This document shows positions 45,008 to 54,511 of a DNA stretch of 64,000 nucleotides, one piece after another (position 1 is the first letter of the stretch; each line of letters opens with the position of its first letter). A model generated the notes under the pieces. The model was not told the origin of the DNA, did not search any database, and was given only the letters and a program-made list of their open reading frames with translations. The stretch is from Candidatus Eiseniibacteriota bacterium (GTDB lineage: Bacteria; Eisenbacteria; RBG-16-71-46). Location: contig OY970342.1 of the NCBI GenBank assembly GCA_963717505.1, positions 3,840,001 through 3,904,000 of the forward strand. The letters run 5' to 3'. A program made the translations under genes and the position numbers.

Positions 45008-47731
45008 TCAGGCCCCCCGGGTCTCGAGCAGGTCCAGCGGATCGAGCCGCCGGCCGTCCCGTTCCACCCACAGTCGCGTCCGCTCGATGTCGGTCGAACG
45101 CGCATCGGCGTGGGGAATCAGGAGGGCGACGATTTCGTCGGGTCGGACCTGGGCACGCACCGTGAAGCGAAGGTGCGCGTCGAGCACCGGCAACCCCGCG
45201 TCGCTCCCCACTTCGAGGGCAGCGATCGAGGGTCGGGCGTCGAATTCGCGGGTCTTGCCTTCACTCGTCCGGCGCACGAGCACGTGCTCGCGCGCCAGCA
45301 GCCCCTCGATCGCGGCGCCCAGCGTGGCGCGCAGCGCGTCGACCGAAAGTCCGGCGCCGGCCAGGAACGTGGCCGGGAAGCCGATGCGGTACGACGCGCC
45401 TTCGAGCAGGCTCATGAGGGAAGGCGTCTTGAACAGAATGGGTCGAAAGTCGAGGACCGCGAGCCCTTCCGGCAGCACCGGATCCAGCCGGCCGGCGAGA
45501 TCCGCCGCCGGAGGCTGAGAGAACTCGAGGTCGAACGCCTCGGCCCGTGAACGAAACCCCAGGGGCAACGGGGGGCCAAACGACATCTTGAGATGCGGAT
45601 GGTGACCCTGGGTGAATGCGAGCGGCAGGCCCGAGCGCCGGAGCGTCCGTTCCCACGTCCGCATGAGATCGAGGTGCGAGGTGAAACGCATCGGTGCGCC
45701 CTTGGCGAACACGATGCGGAATCGGGTGCTGGTGGCGACGCCGCGCGCCGGAGCTCCGGCGTGCCCGTTGCGCCGCGACACCGGCAGCGCGTCGTGGCGA
45801 CGCGCGCGCCGGCCGTACGGTTGGGCGTTGGCGCGCGCCTGGGCCATGTCGAGTGGTACGTGCGGGGTCTTGACCCACGGCCGCTGCGGGCACTCCGACA
45901 CGCCGCACGAGAAGCAGATGTCCTCGAGCCGGCAATCGTCGGTGATCGCCGCGCGGTCGGCGCGCAGCTTCTCGCGCACCAGGAACTTCCGGGTCACCGG
46001 TGAGTGGATGACGTCCCACGGCTGATCGAGGTCGGTCGAGCGTTCGCGCAGCTGGCGCTCCGCGTCCATCCCCAGATCGCGGAACACGTCCATCCAGGTA
46101 TCGAACTTCAGGTGTTCGGACCACGCGTCGAACCGGCAGCCGCGGCGGTAGGCCTCGGCGACGGCTTCGCCCAGCCGGCGATCGCCGCGGGTGAACACAC
46201 CTTCCAACAACGACGTCTCGGCGTCTCGGTACTTGAGGGTGAGTGGCTTTCCGCGCGCGGCCGAGCGCAGCAGGCTCAGGCGGCGGTTGAGCTCCGCGGT
46301 CGACACCTGCTCGGCCCACGCGAACGGCGTGTGCGGCTTGGGCACGTGCGGCGAGACGCTGACCGTGATTCGGAAGTTGTGGTTGCCTTCGGCGCGCGCG
46401 CGCTTGCCGGCCTTGTGCCCCAGATCGAGGATCGCTTCCAGGTCCGAGTCGGTCTCCCCCGGCAGCCCGCACATGAAGTAGAGCTTGGCGCTGGTGTAGC
46501 CCTCGCGCGCGGCCGTGCCCACCGACTCGAGCAGTTCTTCCTCGGTGTGGTTCTTGTTGATCACGTCGCGCATGCGTTGGCTGCCGGCCTCGGGAGCCAG
46601 CGTGATCGAGCCCTTCCGCTGCGACGCCATCCGGCGCGCAACCTCGACCGGCACGTTGTCGGGCCGGGTCGACGGCAGCGAGATCTGGACCCGGGTCGGA
46701 CACAACTCGTCGGCGAGCGCGTTGACCTGATCCACGATCTGGGTGTGGTCGGTGCTCGACAGCGAGATCAGTGACACTTCCTCGAGCCCGGTGGCGGACA
46801 GGCCGCGCAAAACTTCCTCGACCACCTGCTGGGCCGGCTTCTCGCGCACCGGCCGATTGATCATCCCCGCCTGGCAGAAGCGGCAACCGCGTGTGCACCC
46901 ACGCATGATCTCGACCGACAACCGGTCGTGCGTGATCTCGCCGACCGGGAGCAGCGGGGCGGCCGGGTAGTACTCGCTCTTGAGCGCGGGGACCCACACC
47001 GACTGGACGCGCGCGGGAAAACCCGGGCGCGCCTGCGGCACCAGCCAGCCCTCGGGGGTCTCGCGCAGCTCGTAGCCCGACGGCACGTAGACGCCGGACA
47101 CGTGAGCCAGGGCGCGCAGGAGGCGCGGGCGATCCCAGTGCTCGCGCTTCGACTGGCGTACGGCGTCGACGACTCGATGGATCGCCTCTTCGCCGTCGCC
47201 GATCACGAACGCGTCGATGAACTCCGACATCGGCTCGGGGCTGAACGCCTGCGCCCCGCCCGCGATCACCAGTGGATGGCGCGCCTCGCGGTCGACCGCA
47301 CGCAGCGGGACGCCCGCGAGGTCGAGCATCATCAGCACGTTCGTGTACTGCAGCTCGTACTGGAGCGAAAAACCGAGGACGTCGAACTGGTCGGCGGTCG
47401 CATGCGAGTCGAGCGAGAAGAGCGGGATCCCGAGCTGGCGCATCTCGGCCTCGGCGTCGGGCCATGGCGCAAACGTCAGTTCGGCGGCGACATCCGGACG
47501 CTGATTCAGAACATGGTGGATGATCCGGATCCCCATGTTCGAGAGCCCGATCTCGTAGGCGTCGGGAAACGCCAGCAACACTCGGACTTCGGCGGCTGCG
47601 AGCGGCTTGCGCGGCACGTGCAGGGCGTTGCCGAGGTAGCGATTGGGCTTCGAAACCCGGGGCAGGAGCTGATGTTCGATCAGCTCCCGGACCGACGGGC
47701 GGCTCGGGATTTCAGCGGTTGCGAGAGTCAT
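45008..47731 (-). CDS. TIGR03960-type B12-binding radical SAM protein fused to TIGR03936 (DUF2344)
   Basis: FPDAYEIG, RGCTRGCRFCQAG, TLAPEAGSQRMR; C-terminal RFTSHLDL...FTQGHHPHLKMSFGPPLPLG. Confidence 0.92.
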   Translation of the reverse strand: MTLATAEIPSRPSVRELIEHQLLPRVSKPNRYLGNALHVPRKPLAAAEVRVLLAFPDAYEIGLSNMGIRIIHHVLNQRPDVAAELTFAPWPDAEAEMRQLGIPLFSLDSHATADQFDVLGFSLQYELQYTNVLMMLDLAGVPLRAVDREARHPLVIAGGAQAFSPEPMSEFIDAFVIGDGEEAIHRVVDAVRQSKREHWDRPRLLRALAHVSGVYVPSGYELRETPEGWLVPQARPGFPARVQSVWVPALKSEYYPAAPLLPVGEITHDRLSVEIMRGCTRGCRFCQAGMINRPVREKPAQQVVEEVLRGLSATGLEEVSLISLSSTDHTQIVDQVNALADELCPTRVQISLPSTRPDNVPVEVARRMASQRKGSITLAPEAGSQRMRDVINKNHTEEELLESVGTAAREGYTSAKLYFMCGLPGETDSDLEAILDLGHKAGKRARAEGNHNFRITVSVSPHVPKPHTPFAWAEQVSTAELNRRLSLLRSAARGKPLTLKYRDAETSLLEGVFTRGDRRLGEAVAEAYRRGCRFDAWSEHLKFDTWMDVFRDLGMDAERQLRERSTDLDQPWDVIHSPVTRKFLVREKLRADRAAITDDCRLEDICFSCGVSECPQRPWVKTPHVPLDMAQARANAQPYGRRARRHDALPVSRRNGHAGAPARGVATSTRFRIVFAKGAPMRFTSHLDLMRTWERTLRRSGLPLAFTQGHHPHLKMSFGPPLPLGFRSRAEAFDLEFSQPPAADLAGRLDPVLPEGLAVLDFRPILFKTPSLMSLLEGASYRIGFPATFLAGAGLSVDALRATLGAAIEGLLAREHVLVRRTSEGKTREFDARPSIAALEVGSDAGLPVLDAHLRFTVRAQVRPDEIVALLIPHADARSTDIERTRLWVERDGRRLDPLDLLETRGA

Positions 47732-48057
47732 GGATGGCGGTCGTGGAGCGCGCTCCGGTACTGGCCGTGCCGGCGGCCGCGGCTGGATCCGCGCGGCGTC
47801 CTGCCTCGACGAAAGGCACGGCGTGCTCGGCCCAGATGGCCGGCGGACTCCGTTGGCGCGGAGTAAGTTAGCACAGCAGTCCTGGGCTGCCAACGGTTGC
47901 GCCGGAACGGCTGTGGGGGCCGCTCAGCGCTGGCGGGGCGCCCAGGCGGTCGGTCCAATCGGAACCACGCAGATTTCATGGGGTTGTCCTCGGGTAGCCG
48001 ATACCATGGACACGCGACTCGCGTCCCGGCAGGACGCGACCGTCCCCGAGGAGTCCG

Positions 48058-50307
48058 ATGTTCAACTGCGTGGTGGCAGTGCTTCCCCTCCTGCTCGCCG
48101 CGCCTGCCATGCAGGCGACCGTCACGGGCACGGTTCGCGATGCCGAAACCGGGCAGGCGATCGCCGGCGCCATCGTGACCCTGACCGATCTGGATCGCGC
48201 GGCCGCAACCGACTCGACCGGTCGCTACGTACTGGCCCAGGTCCCGGCCGGACCCCAGCATCTCGCGGTCCGCTTCATAGGCTACTCGGGGCGTTCGCTG
48301 CACGCGCTGGTGCCGCGTGAGGGCGTTCTCGAGATCGACGTGTCGCTGCGCCCGCTGCCGGTCTTGCTCGAGCCAGTCGAAGTCCGCGCTCCGGTGAGCA
48401 TTCGCGGGATCGAAGGCGGGAGCACGACGCCGTTCCCCGACCGCGAGATGTCCTCGGCCGCGATCGCGAACCATCCGCTGCTGGCCGAGCCGGATGTATT
48501 CCAAGCGCTGGGTGGCGGCGAGGTCCAGGTGCGGCCGGAATCGCCGGACGGGGTTCACATCCGGGGCGGATCCACCGACCAGACGGCATACGTGCTGGAC
48601 GGAATTCCAGTCTTCAGCCCCTACCACGCCGCGGGTGTCGCCAGCGCCTGGAATCCCGACGCGGTGTCGCGGCTAACACTGGCCTCGACGTCGCCCCCTG
48701 GGACCAATGCGCATGCGCTCTCCGGGGTGATCGAGGCGTCGACGCGTAAGCCCGGAGATCGAATGACCGCGCGCGGCAGCCTGAGCACCACCCAGGCGCG
48801 GCTCACCCTCGATGGCCCGCTCGGCTCGAGCGGTGCCGGCCACGTCCTGAGCATGAGGCGCGGGATGCACGACGCCATCGCTCCGCGCGGCGAGCCGTCC
48901 TACCTCCAGGGGGGCACCGGCGACTGGCTGGCGAAAGTCGAAGCGCCCGCATGGGGCGGCCGGGCTCGCCTGCTGGGTTACGGCAACTCCAACGAGATCG
49001 GCGCCGCCGACAATGTGAATCCCCCGATCCGCCGCAACCGTTTCGAGTGGTACAGCCTGTCCCTCGGCGCGGACTGGAAGCGCGAATTCGGAGCGGCAAA
49101 CCTGCGCCTCCTGGGATGGGGCGCAAGCGGCGACGCCGGGGCGTCGTGGAATTCGGCTGCCGGACCGCTGGACCTCGCGGCCAATCGGCAGGACGAAGGA
49201 TTCGCGGTGGCCATCGAGCGACGATCGAAGCGGGCGACCACCGCACTCGAGGTGCGGCTCGAACGCAGCCGGACGACCTATCGGGTGACCTCCGATTCCG
49301 CGGGCGGACCCGCCACGCGGCTGGAAGCCGAGACACCGGTAGCCACCGCGCTCGGGCGATGCGCATGCTCGATCGGCCAGCGGCTGGAGTCCGACCTGGG
49401 AGCCGCTCTGGCGCTGAGCGGCGACGACGTCTACCCCGAGGCTCGTGCCCAGCTGCGGTGGCAGGCCACCGAGCAATGGGTGCTTTCCGGCAGCTATGCC
49501 CGCACCCACCAATTCGCGCAGTCGCTGCGGAACACGGAGTCGGTGGTCGGACATCTGTTCCCGGTCGACGTGTTCATGGGCGCCGGCGCTCCCGAGATTC
49601 CGGTGGCGCGCAGCGATCAAGGTGTGGTGGCCGCCGACTATCGTCCACTCCCCGGCCTTCGCCTGGGGCTCCAGTTCTACGAGCGCTCATCCGACGGCCT
49701 GGTGCTGGTGGCGCCGCGAGACGGCGGTCCCTTCACCACCGGACGCTTCGTGGTCGGCTCGGCGTCCGCCCGCGGGCTCTCGATCGAGGCGGCAGCGGGT
49801 GCCGCGCGCTACGGCTTCATCGCGAGCTACGGCTGGCAGGACCTACGCTACGCGTACGGCGACACGAGCTACGTTCCCGAGCACGGTGCCGAGCACGTCC
49901 TCGAAGGCGGGCTCATCGTGTTCCCGTCGGCCTCGACCGCGATCCGCGTCGGCGTGAACGCCGCATGGGGACGCCGGACGACCACGATCCCCGACGGGCT
50001 CGAGTGGGAGTCGTGCAATCTCCTCGACCAGGGTTGTGAGTTCGTCGGCAGCCCCGACTACGGCGACGAGCCGCTCGGCGCGACCGAACTGCCCGCTTAT
50101 CTCCGCGTCGATCTGGGGCTGCGCCAGCACTGGCACATCGAGATCGCCGGGCGCGACGCGTCGCTCGCGATCTTTGGCACCTACACCAACCTGCTCGGGC
50201 GGACCAATCTGCTGACCTACGCGCGCGACCCGGTGACCGGGGAGCTCAAGGGGATCGAGCTTCGACCCTCGGGGCCGCTGGTGGTCGGGCTCGACTGGCG
50301 CTTCTGA
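48058..50307 (+). CDS. TonB-dependent receptor with N-terminal carboxypeptidase-regulatory-like domain
   Basis: VTGTVRDAETG, plug IRGGSTDQTAYVLDGIPVFSPYH, C-terminal LDWRF. Confidence 0.88.
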   Translation: MFNCVVAVLPLLLAAPAMQATVTGTVRDAETGQAIAGAIVTLTDLDRAAATDSTGRYVLAQVPAGPQHLAVRFIGYSGRSLHALVPREGVLEIDVSLRPLPVLLEPVEVRAPVSIRGIEGGSTTPFPDREMSSAAIANHPLLAEPDVFQALGGGEVQVRPESPDGVHIRGGSTDQTAYVLDGIPVFSPYHAAGVASAWNPDAVSRLTLASTSPPGTNAHALSGVIEASTRKPGDRMTARGSLSTTQARLTLDGPLGSSGAGHVLSMRRGMHDAIAPRGEPSYLQGGTGDWLAKVEAPAWGGRARLLGYGNSNEIGAADNVNPPIRRNRFEWYSLSLGADWKREFGAANLRLLGWGASGDAGASWNSAAGPLDLAANRQDEGFAVAIERRSKRATTALEVRLERSRTTYRVTSDSAGGPATRLEAETPVATALGRCACSIGQRLESDLGAALALSGDDVYPEARAQLRWQATEQWVLSGSYARTHQFAQSLRNTESVVGHLFPVDVFMGAGAPEIPVARSDQGVVAADYRPLPGLRLGLQFYERSSDGLVLVAPRDGGPFTTGRFVVGSASARGLSIEAAAGAARYGFIASYGWQDLRYAYGDTSYVPEHGAEHVLEGGLIVFPSASTAIRVGVNAAWGRRTTTIPDGLEWESCNLLDQGCEFVGSPDYGDEPLGATELPAYLRVDLGLRQHWHIEIAGRDASLAIFGTYTNLLGRTNLLTYARDPVTGELKGIELRPSGPLVVGLDWRF

Positions 50308-50318
50308 GGATCCGCGGA

Positions 50319-50349
50319 TGTCACGAACCGGGCCGCTCGTGGGTTCCTT
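50319..50349 (+). promoter_or_regulatory. Candidate ECF autoregulatory promoter
   Basis: TGTCAC-N18-GTTCCTT directly upstream of the ECF gene; identical boxes recur at 52714-52744. Confidence 0.6.
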
Positions 50350-50364
50350 GGCCGGAGCATTCGC

Positions 50365-50961
50365 GTGAATGACGAGAATCGGGCTCACGGCAAGACATCG
50401 CTCGCGCGGATCGGCCGCCCACGGGAGGAGGACGCCGCGCTGTCGGATGCGACCGCATCGTTTCACGATCGGTTCGTCGAGCTGTTCGAGTCGCATTTCG
50501 CGCGCCTCCACCGCGTCGTGGACCGGCTGTCGGGCGACTCGGAACTGGCCGCCGACGTCGTTCAGGAAGCATTCGTTCGGCTCTATCGGCGAGGCTCGAT
50601 GCCCGATGTTCCAGCGGCCTGGGTGATCACCGTGGCGTTGAATCGATTCCGGAACGAGCGCACCACCAGAAGTCGGCGACTCCGACTGCTGACTCCGGCG
50701 CGCAGCGAGCACGCGCTCGGTGATCCGCCGCCCACGCCCGAGCAAGCGATGAACGCCCTGGACTCGCGGCGGCACGTGCGCTCAGCGCTCGATCGACTGC
50801 CCGAACGGGATCGGCACCTGTTGTTGCTCCACGCCGAGGGATACCGGTATCGCGAGATCGCAACCGCCTTGAAGCTGAACCCGGCCAGCGTCGGAGTGAT
50901 GCTGGCGCGCGCCCGCACGTCGTTCCGCGCCCTCTACCAGGAAGCCACCCATGCATCTTGA
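50365..50961 (+). CDS. ECF RNA polymerase sigma factor
   Basis: LAADVVQEAFVRL (region 2), EGYRYREIATAL..SVGVMLARAR (region 4). Confidence 0.92.
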   Translation: MNDENRAHGKTSLARIGRPREEDAALSDATASFHDRFVELFESHFARLHRVVDRLSGDSELAADVVQEAFVRLYRRGSMPDVPAAWVITVALNRFRNERTTRSRRLRLLTPARSEHALGDPPPTPEQAMNALDSRRHVRSALDRLPERDRHLLLLHAEGYRYREIATALKLNPASVGVMLARARTSFRALYQEATHAS

Positions 50962-51697
50962 CCAGGAACGGATCCGGCGTTTCCTGGACGGTGAGCTCCT
51001 GGAGCCTCAGGCGCTCGAGGCGCGCGAGCATCTGGCCGCGTGCGCCGACTGCAGGAGCCGGGTCGAGGACGCACGCCGTGAAGACCTCGAGGTCGATTTC
51101 CTGCTGCGTGGCCTGGATCACGCGACACCACCGGTGCGCGTGGAGGACGTGGTCCAGGCGGCTGCGATGCGCCGCGGTCCGAGCGAAGCACCGCTCGCCC
51201 GAATCGTGGCGGGATTCGTGATTGCTGTGGTCCTGGCCGGCGCCGCCTACGCGATTCCCGGCTCGCCGCTGCCGCGGTGGGCGGATGCGGTGTTCGAGTG
51301 GATCGCGGCCCGCTCGGCTCCCCCAGTCTCGGATCCGGCGGCGCCGGACACCGGCGTTGCCGGGATCGCCGTCGTTCCCGGGGAGGCACTGCTCATCGAG
51401 TTCACGGCCCATCAGTCGGCCGGGCTGGTCCGGCTCTCCCTCTCGGACGCCGACCCGCTCACGGTGCGCGCCTCGATCGGTGCCGCGACCTTCCGCTCGG
51501 ATGTCGACCGACTCGTGATCGACAACCGTGGCTCCAGCGCGAGCTTCGAGATCCGGATTCCCCGCGGCGCGCCGCGGGTCGAAGTTCGTTCGAACGACCG
51601 GACGGTTTTCCTCAAGGAAGGTCCACGCATCCGTGCCGAGGGGCCAGTGGACGCGTCCGGTTTCTACGTCGTACCGTTGACCTCGGCTGGGCGATAG
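50951..51697 (+). CDS. zf-HC2 (ZAS) membrane anti-sigma factor
   Basis: HLAACADC (HxxxCxxC), one TM helix, beta-rich periplasmic part; overlaps sigma gene. Confidence 0.88.
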   Translation: MHLDQERIRRFLDGELLEPQALEAREHLAACADCRSRVEDARREDLEVDFLLRGLDHATPPVRVEDVVQAAAMRRGPSEAPLARIVAGFVIAVVLAGAAYAIPGSPLPRWADAVFEWIAARSAPPVSDPAAPDTGVAGIAVVPGEALLIEFTAHQSAGLVRLSLSDADPLTVRASIGAATFRSDVDRLVIDNRGSSASFEIRIPRGAPRVEVRSNDRTVFLKEGPRIRAEGPVDASGFYVVPLTSAGR

Positions 51698-51792
51698 CCT
51701 GTGTTCAAGTATCATCGTCGTTTGGCGTGGCGCGCCGGGAAGTTCACGTCGAATCGATGACCCCTTGGTCCGTCACCTCGGAGGGCTCGGTC

Positions 51793-52683
51793 TTGATCAA
51801 GACGATTCGCAATTCAAGCGCCTCCATCGAGGGTCATCGCGACTCCGCGATCGTCCGGGTCGGCCGCGAATCGGCCCGGCTCGTCACCTCCGGACTGCTC
51901 GCGATCCCGCTCGTGGTAATCACGCTTCTCATCGAAGAAGTGGCGGAACGGGAGGCTTTCAGCTGGGATGGTCCGCTTATCGGCGTCGTCCGCGGCATGG
52001 ATAACTCGTTCTACGACGCCGCCCTCCAGTGGGTGTCGACGATCGGTGGCGGGATGGGTCTGTTGCTGCTCCTGATCCCACTGATGACCTACCTCATCCT
52101 GCGGGGCACGGTCGCGGGTGCAGCCTTCGTCGCCATCGCCGTACTCGGCGCAAGAGCTCTGGGGATCATCTTGAAGGGCCTTCTGGGGAGACCCCGGCCA
52201 CCCGGCGCGGACTTCAATTCTCTGTTTACGCTCATCGAGCTCATGTGCACCGTCGGACTGGTCGTCGTCGTTTGCGCCCTGGTGTTCTGGAGGAACCAAC
52301 GTCGCATGCGCTCGCTGATCCCTTTCATGGCGGTGATGGTCGTCGTGGTCGTGGTGTCGGTGGCGCTGATGTTCGTCCCCAGGCTTACCGGGGTCGACGG
52401 TCTTTCGTTCCCGAGCGGCCACGCGGTCAGTTCGATGGCGCTTGCGGCCGCCATCGGCTTCCTCGCGTGGCCGACCGCGCACCGCTGGCTGCTGTGCGGA
52501 GTGGGCACGCTGTTCGTCGCCGCCGTGGGGCTGTCACGAGTCTATTTTGGCCTCCATTACCCTTCCGACATCATCGGGGGTTGGTGCCTGTCGCTGCTCT
52601 GGGTGGCCGCCGCATGGACGTTGCTTCGACCCATTCTTCAGCCCATGGCCGTAAGCCCTCTGCAGGCACCACAGCCAGGATAG
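51793..52683 (+). CDS. PAP2 family membrane phosphatase (undecaprenyl-PP phosphatase-like)
   Basis: K-x6-RP (KGLLGRPRP), SFPSGHA, SRVYFGLHYPSD; TTG start after GGAGGG is inferred. Confidence 0.85.
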   Translation: MIKTIRNSSASIEGHRDSAIVRVGRESARLVTSGLLAIPLVVITLLIEEVAEREAFSWDGPLIGVVRGMDNSFYDAALQWVSTIGGGMGLLLLLIPLMTYLILRGTVAGAAFVAIAVLGARALGIILKGLLGRPRPPGADFNSLFTLIELMCTVGLVVVVCALVFWRNQRRMRSLIPFMAVMVVVVVVSVALMFVPRLTGVDGLSFPSGHAVSSMALAAAIGFLAWPTAHRWLLCGVGTLFVAAVGLSRVYFGLHYPSDIIGGWCLSLLWVAAAWTLLRPILQPMAVSPLQAPQPG

Positions 52684-52713
52684 GCGCGCCGAAGCCCCCG
52701 CTTCCCCTTCGCC

Positions 52714-52744
52714 TGTCACAGGCTGACCCCCTCATCTGTTCCTT
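52714..52744 (+). promoter_or_regulatory. Second copy of candidate ECF promoter
   Basis: TGTCAC-N18-GTTCCTT. Confidence 0.6.
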
Positions 52745-52788
52745 CTCGCGGAACGTGCCACATCCACCCACCGAGAAGGAGCACGGTC

Positions 52789-53574
52789 ATGAGAATCCGC
52801 TGGAGTCTGTTTCTCGGCCTGGCGCTACTGGCGGTCCTCGCCGGTGCAACGGGCTGCCGTTTGCTGGACGATTCGAACCCGCTTGCCCCGGTCGAAGTGG
52901 ATCCGACCTCCGCGCGGGGCGCCGATCACGATGACGAGGATGACGACGGCGATGGCGAGGACTTCGATCCCAAGGACTTCGTACGCGGGGTCAACCACCC
53001 CTACTTCCCACTACCTCCGGGCACCGCCTGGTCGTACGAGAAGGAAACCGACGAGGGACTCGAGACCGTCGAGGTCCGGGTGCTGCACGACACGAAGAAC
53101 ATCCTTGGCGTGCGCGCCACGGTGGTGCGCGATCAGGTCTTCGTCGACGGCGAGTTGAAGGAAGACACGTTCGACTGGTACGGGCAGGACGAGGACGGCA
53201 ACGTGTGGTACCTGGGCGAGGACACCAAGGAGTACGAAGACGGCAAAGTCGTGAGCACGGCCGGATCCTGGGAGGCCGGCAAGGACGGCGCCACTCCTGG
53301 GTTCATCATGCTCGCCCATCCGCGCCGGGGTAACGAGTACGCGCAGGAAGTGGCGCCCGGTGTCGCCGAGGACCGAGCCGAAGTGATCAGCCTGCGCAGG
53401 ACGGTGCGGGTGCCTGCCGGGCGCTTCCGCGATTGCCTGCAAACCCTCGAGACGACGCCGCTCGACCCGAACGCGCGAGAGTTCAAGTACTACGCCCGCG
53501 ACATCGGCTTGGTGTTGGTCACGGACGAGGAAGGCACCGACCGCGAGGAGCTGGTTTCGGTGACCCGCAAATGA
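52789..53574 (+). CDS. Hypothetical lipoprotein with acidic N-terminal tract
   Basis: SD AAGGAG, lipobox ATGC, DHDDEDDDGDGED, NHPYFPL, DWYGQDEDGNVWYLGE, KYYARDIG. Confidence 0.85.
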   Translation: MRIRWSLFLGLALLAVLAGATGCRLLDDSNPLAPVEVDPTSARGADHDDEDDDGDGEDFDPKDFVRGVNHPYFPLPPGTAWSYEKETDEGLETVEVRVLHDTKNILGVRATVVRDQVFVDGELKEDTFDWYGQDEDGNVWYLGEDTKEYEDGKVVSTAGSWEAGKDGATPGFIMLAHPRRGNEYAQEVAPGVAEDRAEVISLRRTVRVPAGRFRDCLQTLETTPLDPNAREFKYYARDIGLVLVTDEEGTDREELVSVTRK

Positions 53575-53600
53575 TGAAGTCCCACATCAGGAATCAGTCC

Positions 53601-54470
53601 ATGAAACCCGAAAGACTCATCGCCCTCGCCGCGCTCGCGTCGAGCCTACTCCACCCTGGATCCGCCGGCTCGCAGCCGGCGGATCCATCCCCTGGCTCGC
53701 GGATCGCGGCACCGGCGTGCGCACGTCGATCTTCGGGACGTACGTGCAAGCCCGGCGAATTGCTGGTCTCGCCGTTCTTCGAGTACTACCTCGACGACGA
53801 CTTCGAGTATGCGCCGTCCGAGCTCGGGTACGGCCTCGATGAGGACTATCGCGGCCGATATCGGGCGAGCGAGGGGCTGATCTTCCTCTCGTACGGTTTC
53901 TCCGATCGCTTGGCGATCGAGCTCGAAGCGGCGGTGATCAGCGCCTCGTTGGAGAAGTCGCCCGAGGACCCGAGCTCGATGCCCGCGCGCATCGAAGAGT
54001 CGGGGCCGGGCGACTGGCAGATGCAGCTCGACTGGCGCATCGCGCACGAGACCGCGAAGCGTCCCGAGTACTTTGGGTTCCTCGAGGTGGTGCCGCCGTC
54101 CAACACCAACAGCCTGCTGATCGGAACCCCCGACTGGGAGTTCAAGGCGGGCCTCGGGGCCACGCGGGGTCTGCCGTGGGGCACGGTGACGGTCCGCACC
54201 GCCGCGGCCTATTCGCTCGAGGAATCGGCGCTCGAGCTGGGCGAGTACGCCGTCGAGTACCTCAAACGACTGTCGCCGCGCTGGCGCGTCTATGCCGGCA
54301 TCGAAGGCGAACAAGACGAAGTCGAGTTGATCGGGGAAGTTCAGTGGCACGCGTCCGAGTCGGTCTATTTCAGGTTCAATACCGGCTACGGCCTGACGTC
54401 CAAGGCGACCGACTGGGCGCCGGACATTGGAATCGTGTTCGCCCTGCCGATCGCGCGGGACTCTCCTTAA
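53601..54470 (+). CDS. Putative outer-membrane beta-barrel (transporter-like) protein
   Basis: Signal peptide, amphipathic strands, TGYGLTSKATDWAPDIG; an alternative frame at 53702-53749 reads DRGTGVRTSIFGTYVQ, suggesting two compensating indels. Confidence 0.7.
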   Translation: MKPERLIALAALASSLLHPGSAGSQPADPSPGSRIAAPACARRSSGRTCKPGELLVSPFFEYYLDDDFEYAPSELGYGLDEDYRGRYRASEGLIFLSYGFSDRLAIELEAAVISASLEKSPEDPSSMPARIEESGPGDWQMQLDWRIAHETAKRPEYFGFLEVVPPSNTNSLLIGTPDWEFKAGLGATRGLPWGTVTVRTAAAYSLEESALELGEYAVEYLKRLSPRWRVYAGIEGEQDEVELIGEVQWHASESVYFRFNTGYGLTSKATDWAPDIGIVFALPIARDSP

Positions 54471-54511
54471 GGCGCTTTCGCCCGAGCCCGATGTGGGCCA
54501 GAATGCATCGC

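Noticed and set aside
47961-47985. GGAAC-N16-GTT ECF-like promoter upstream of the TonB receptor
   Set aside because: Single short match that differs from the duplicated TGTCAC motif; not distinguishable from chance
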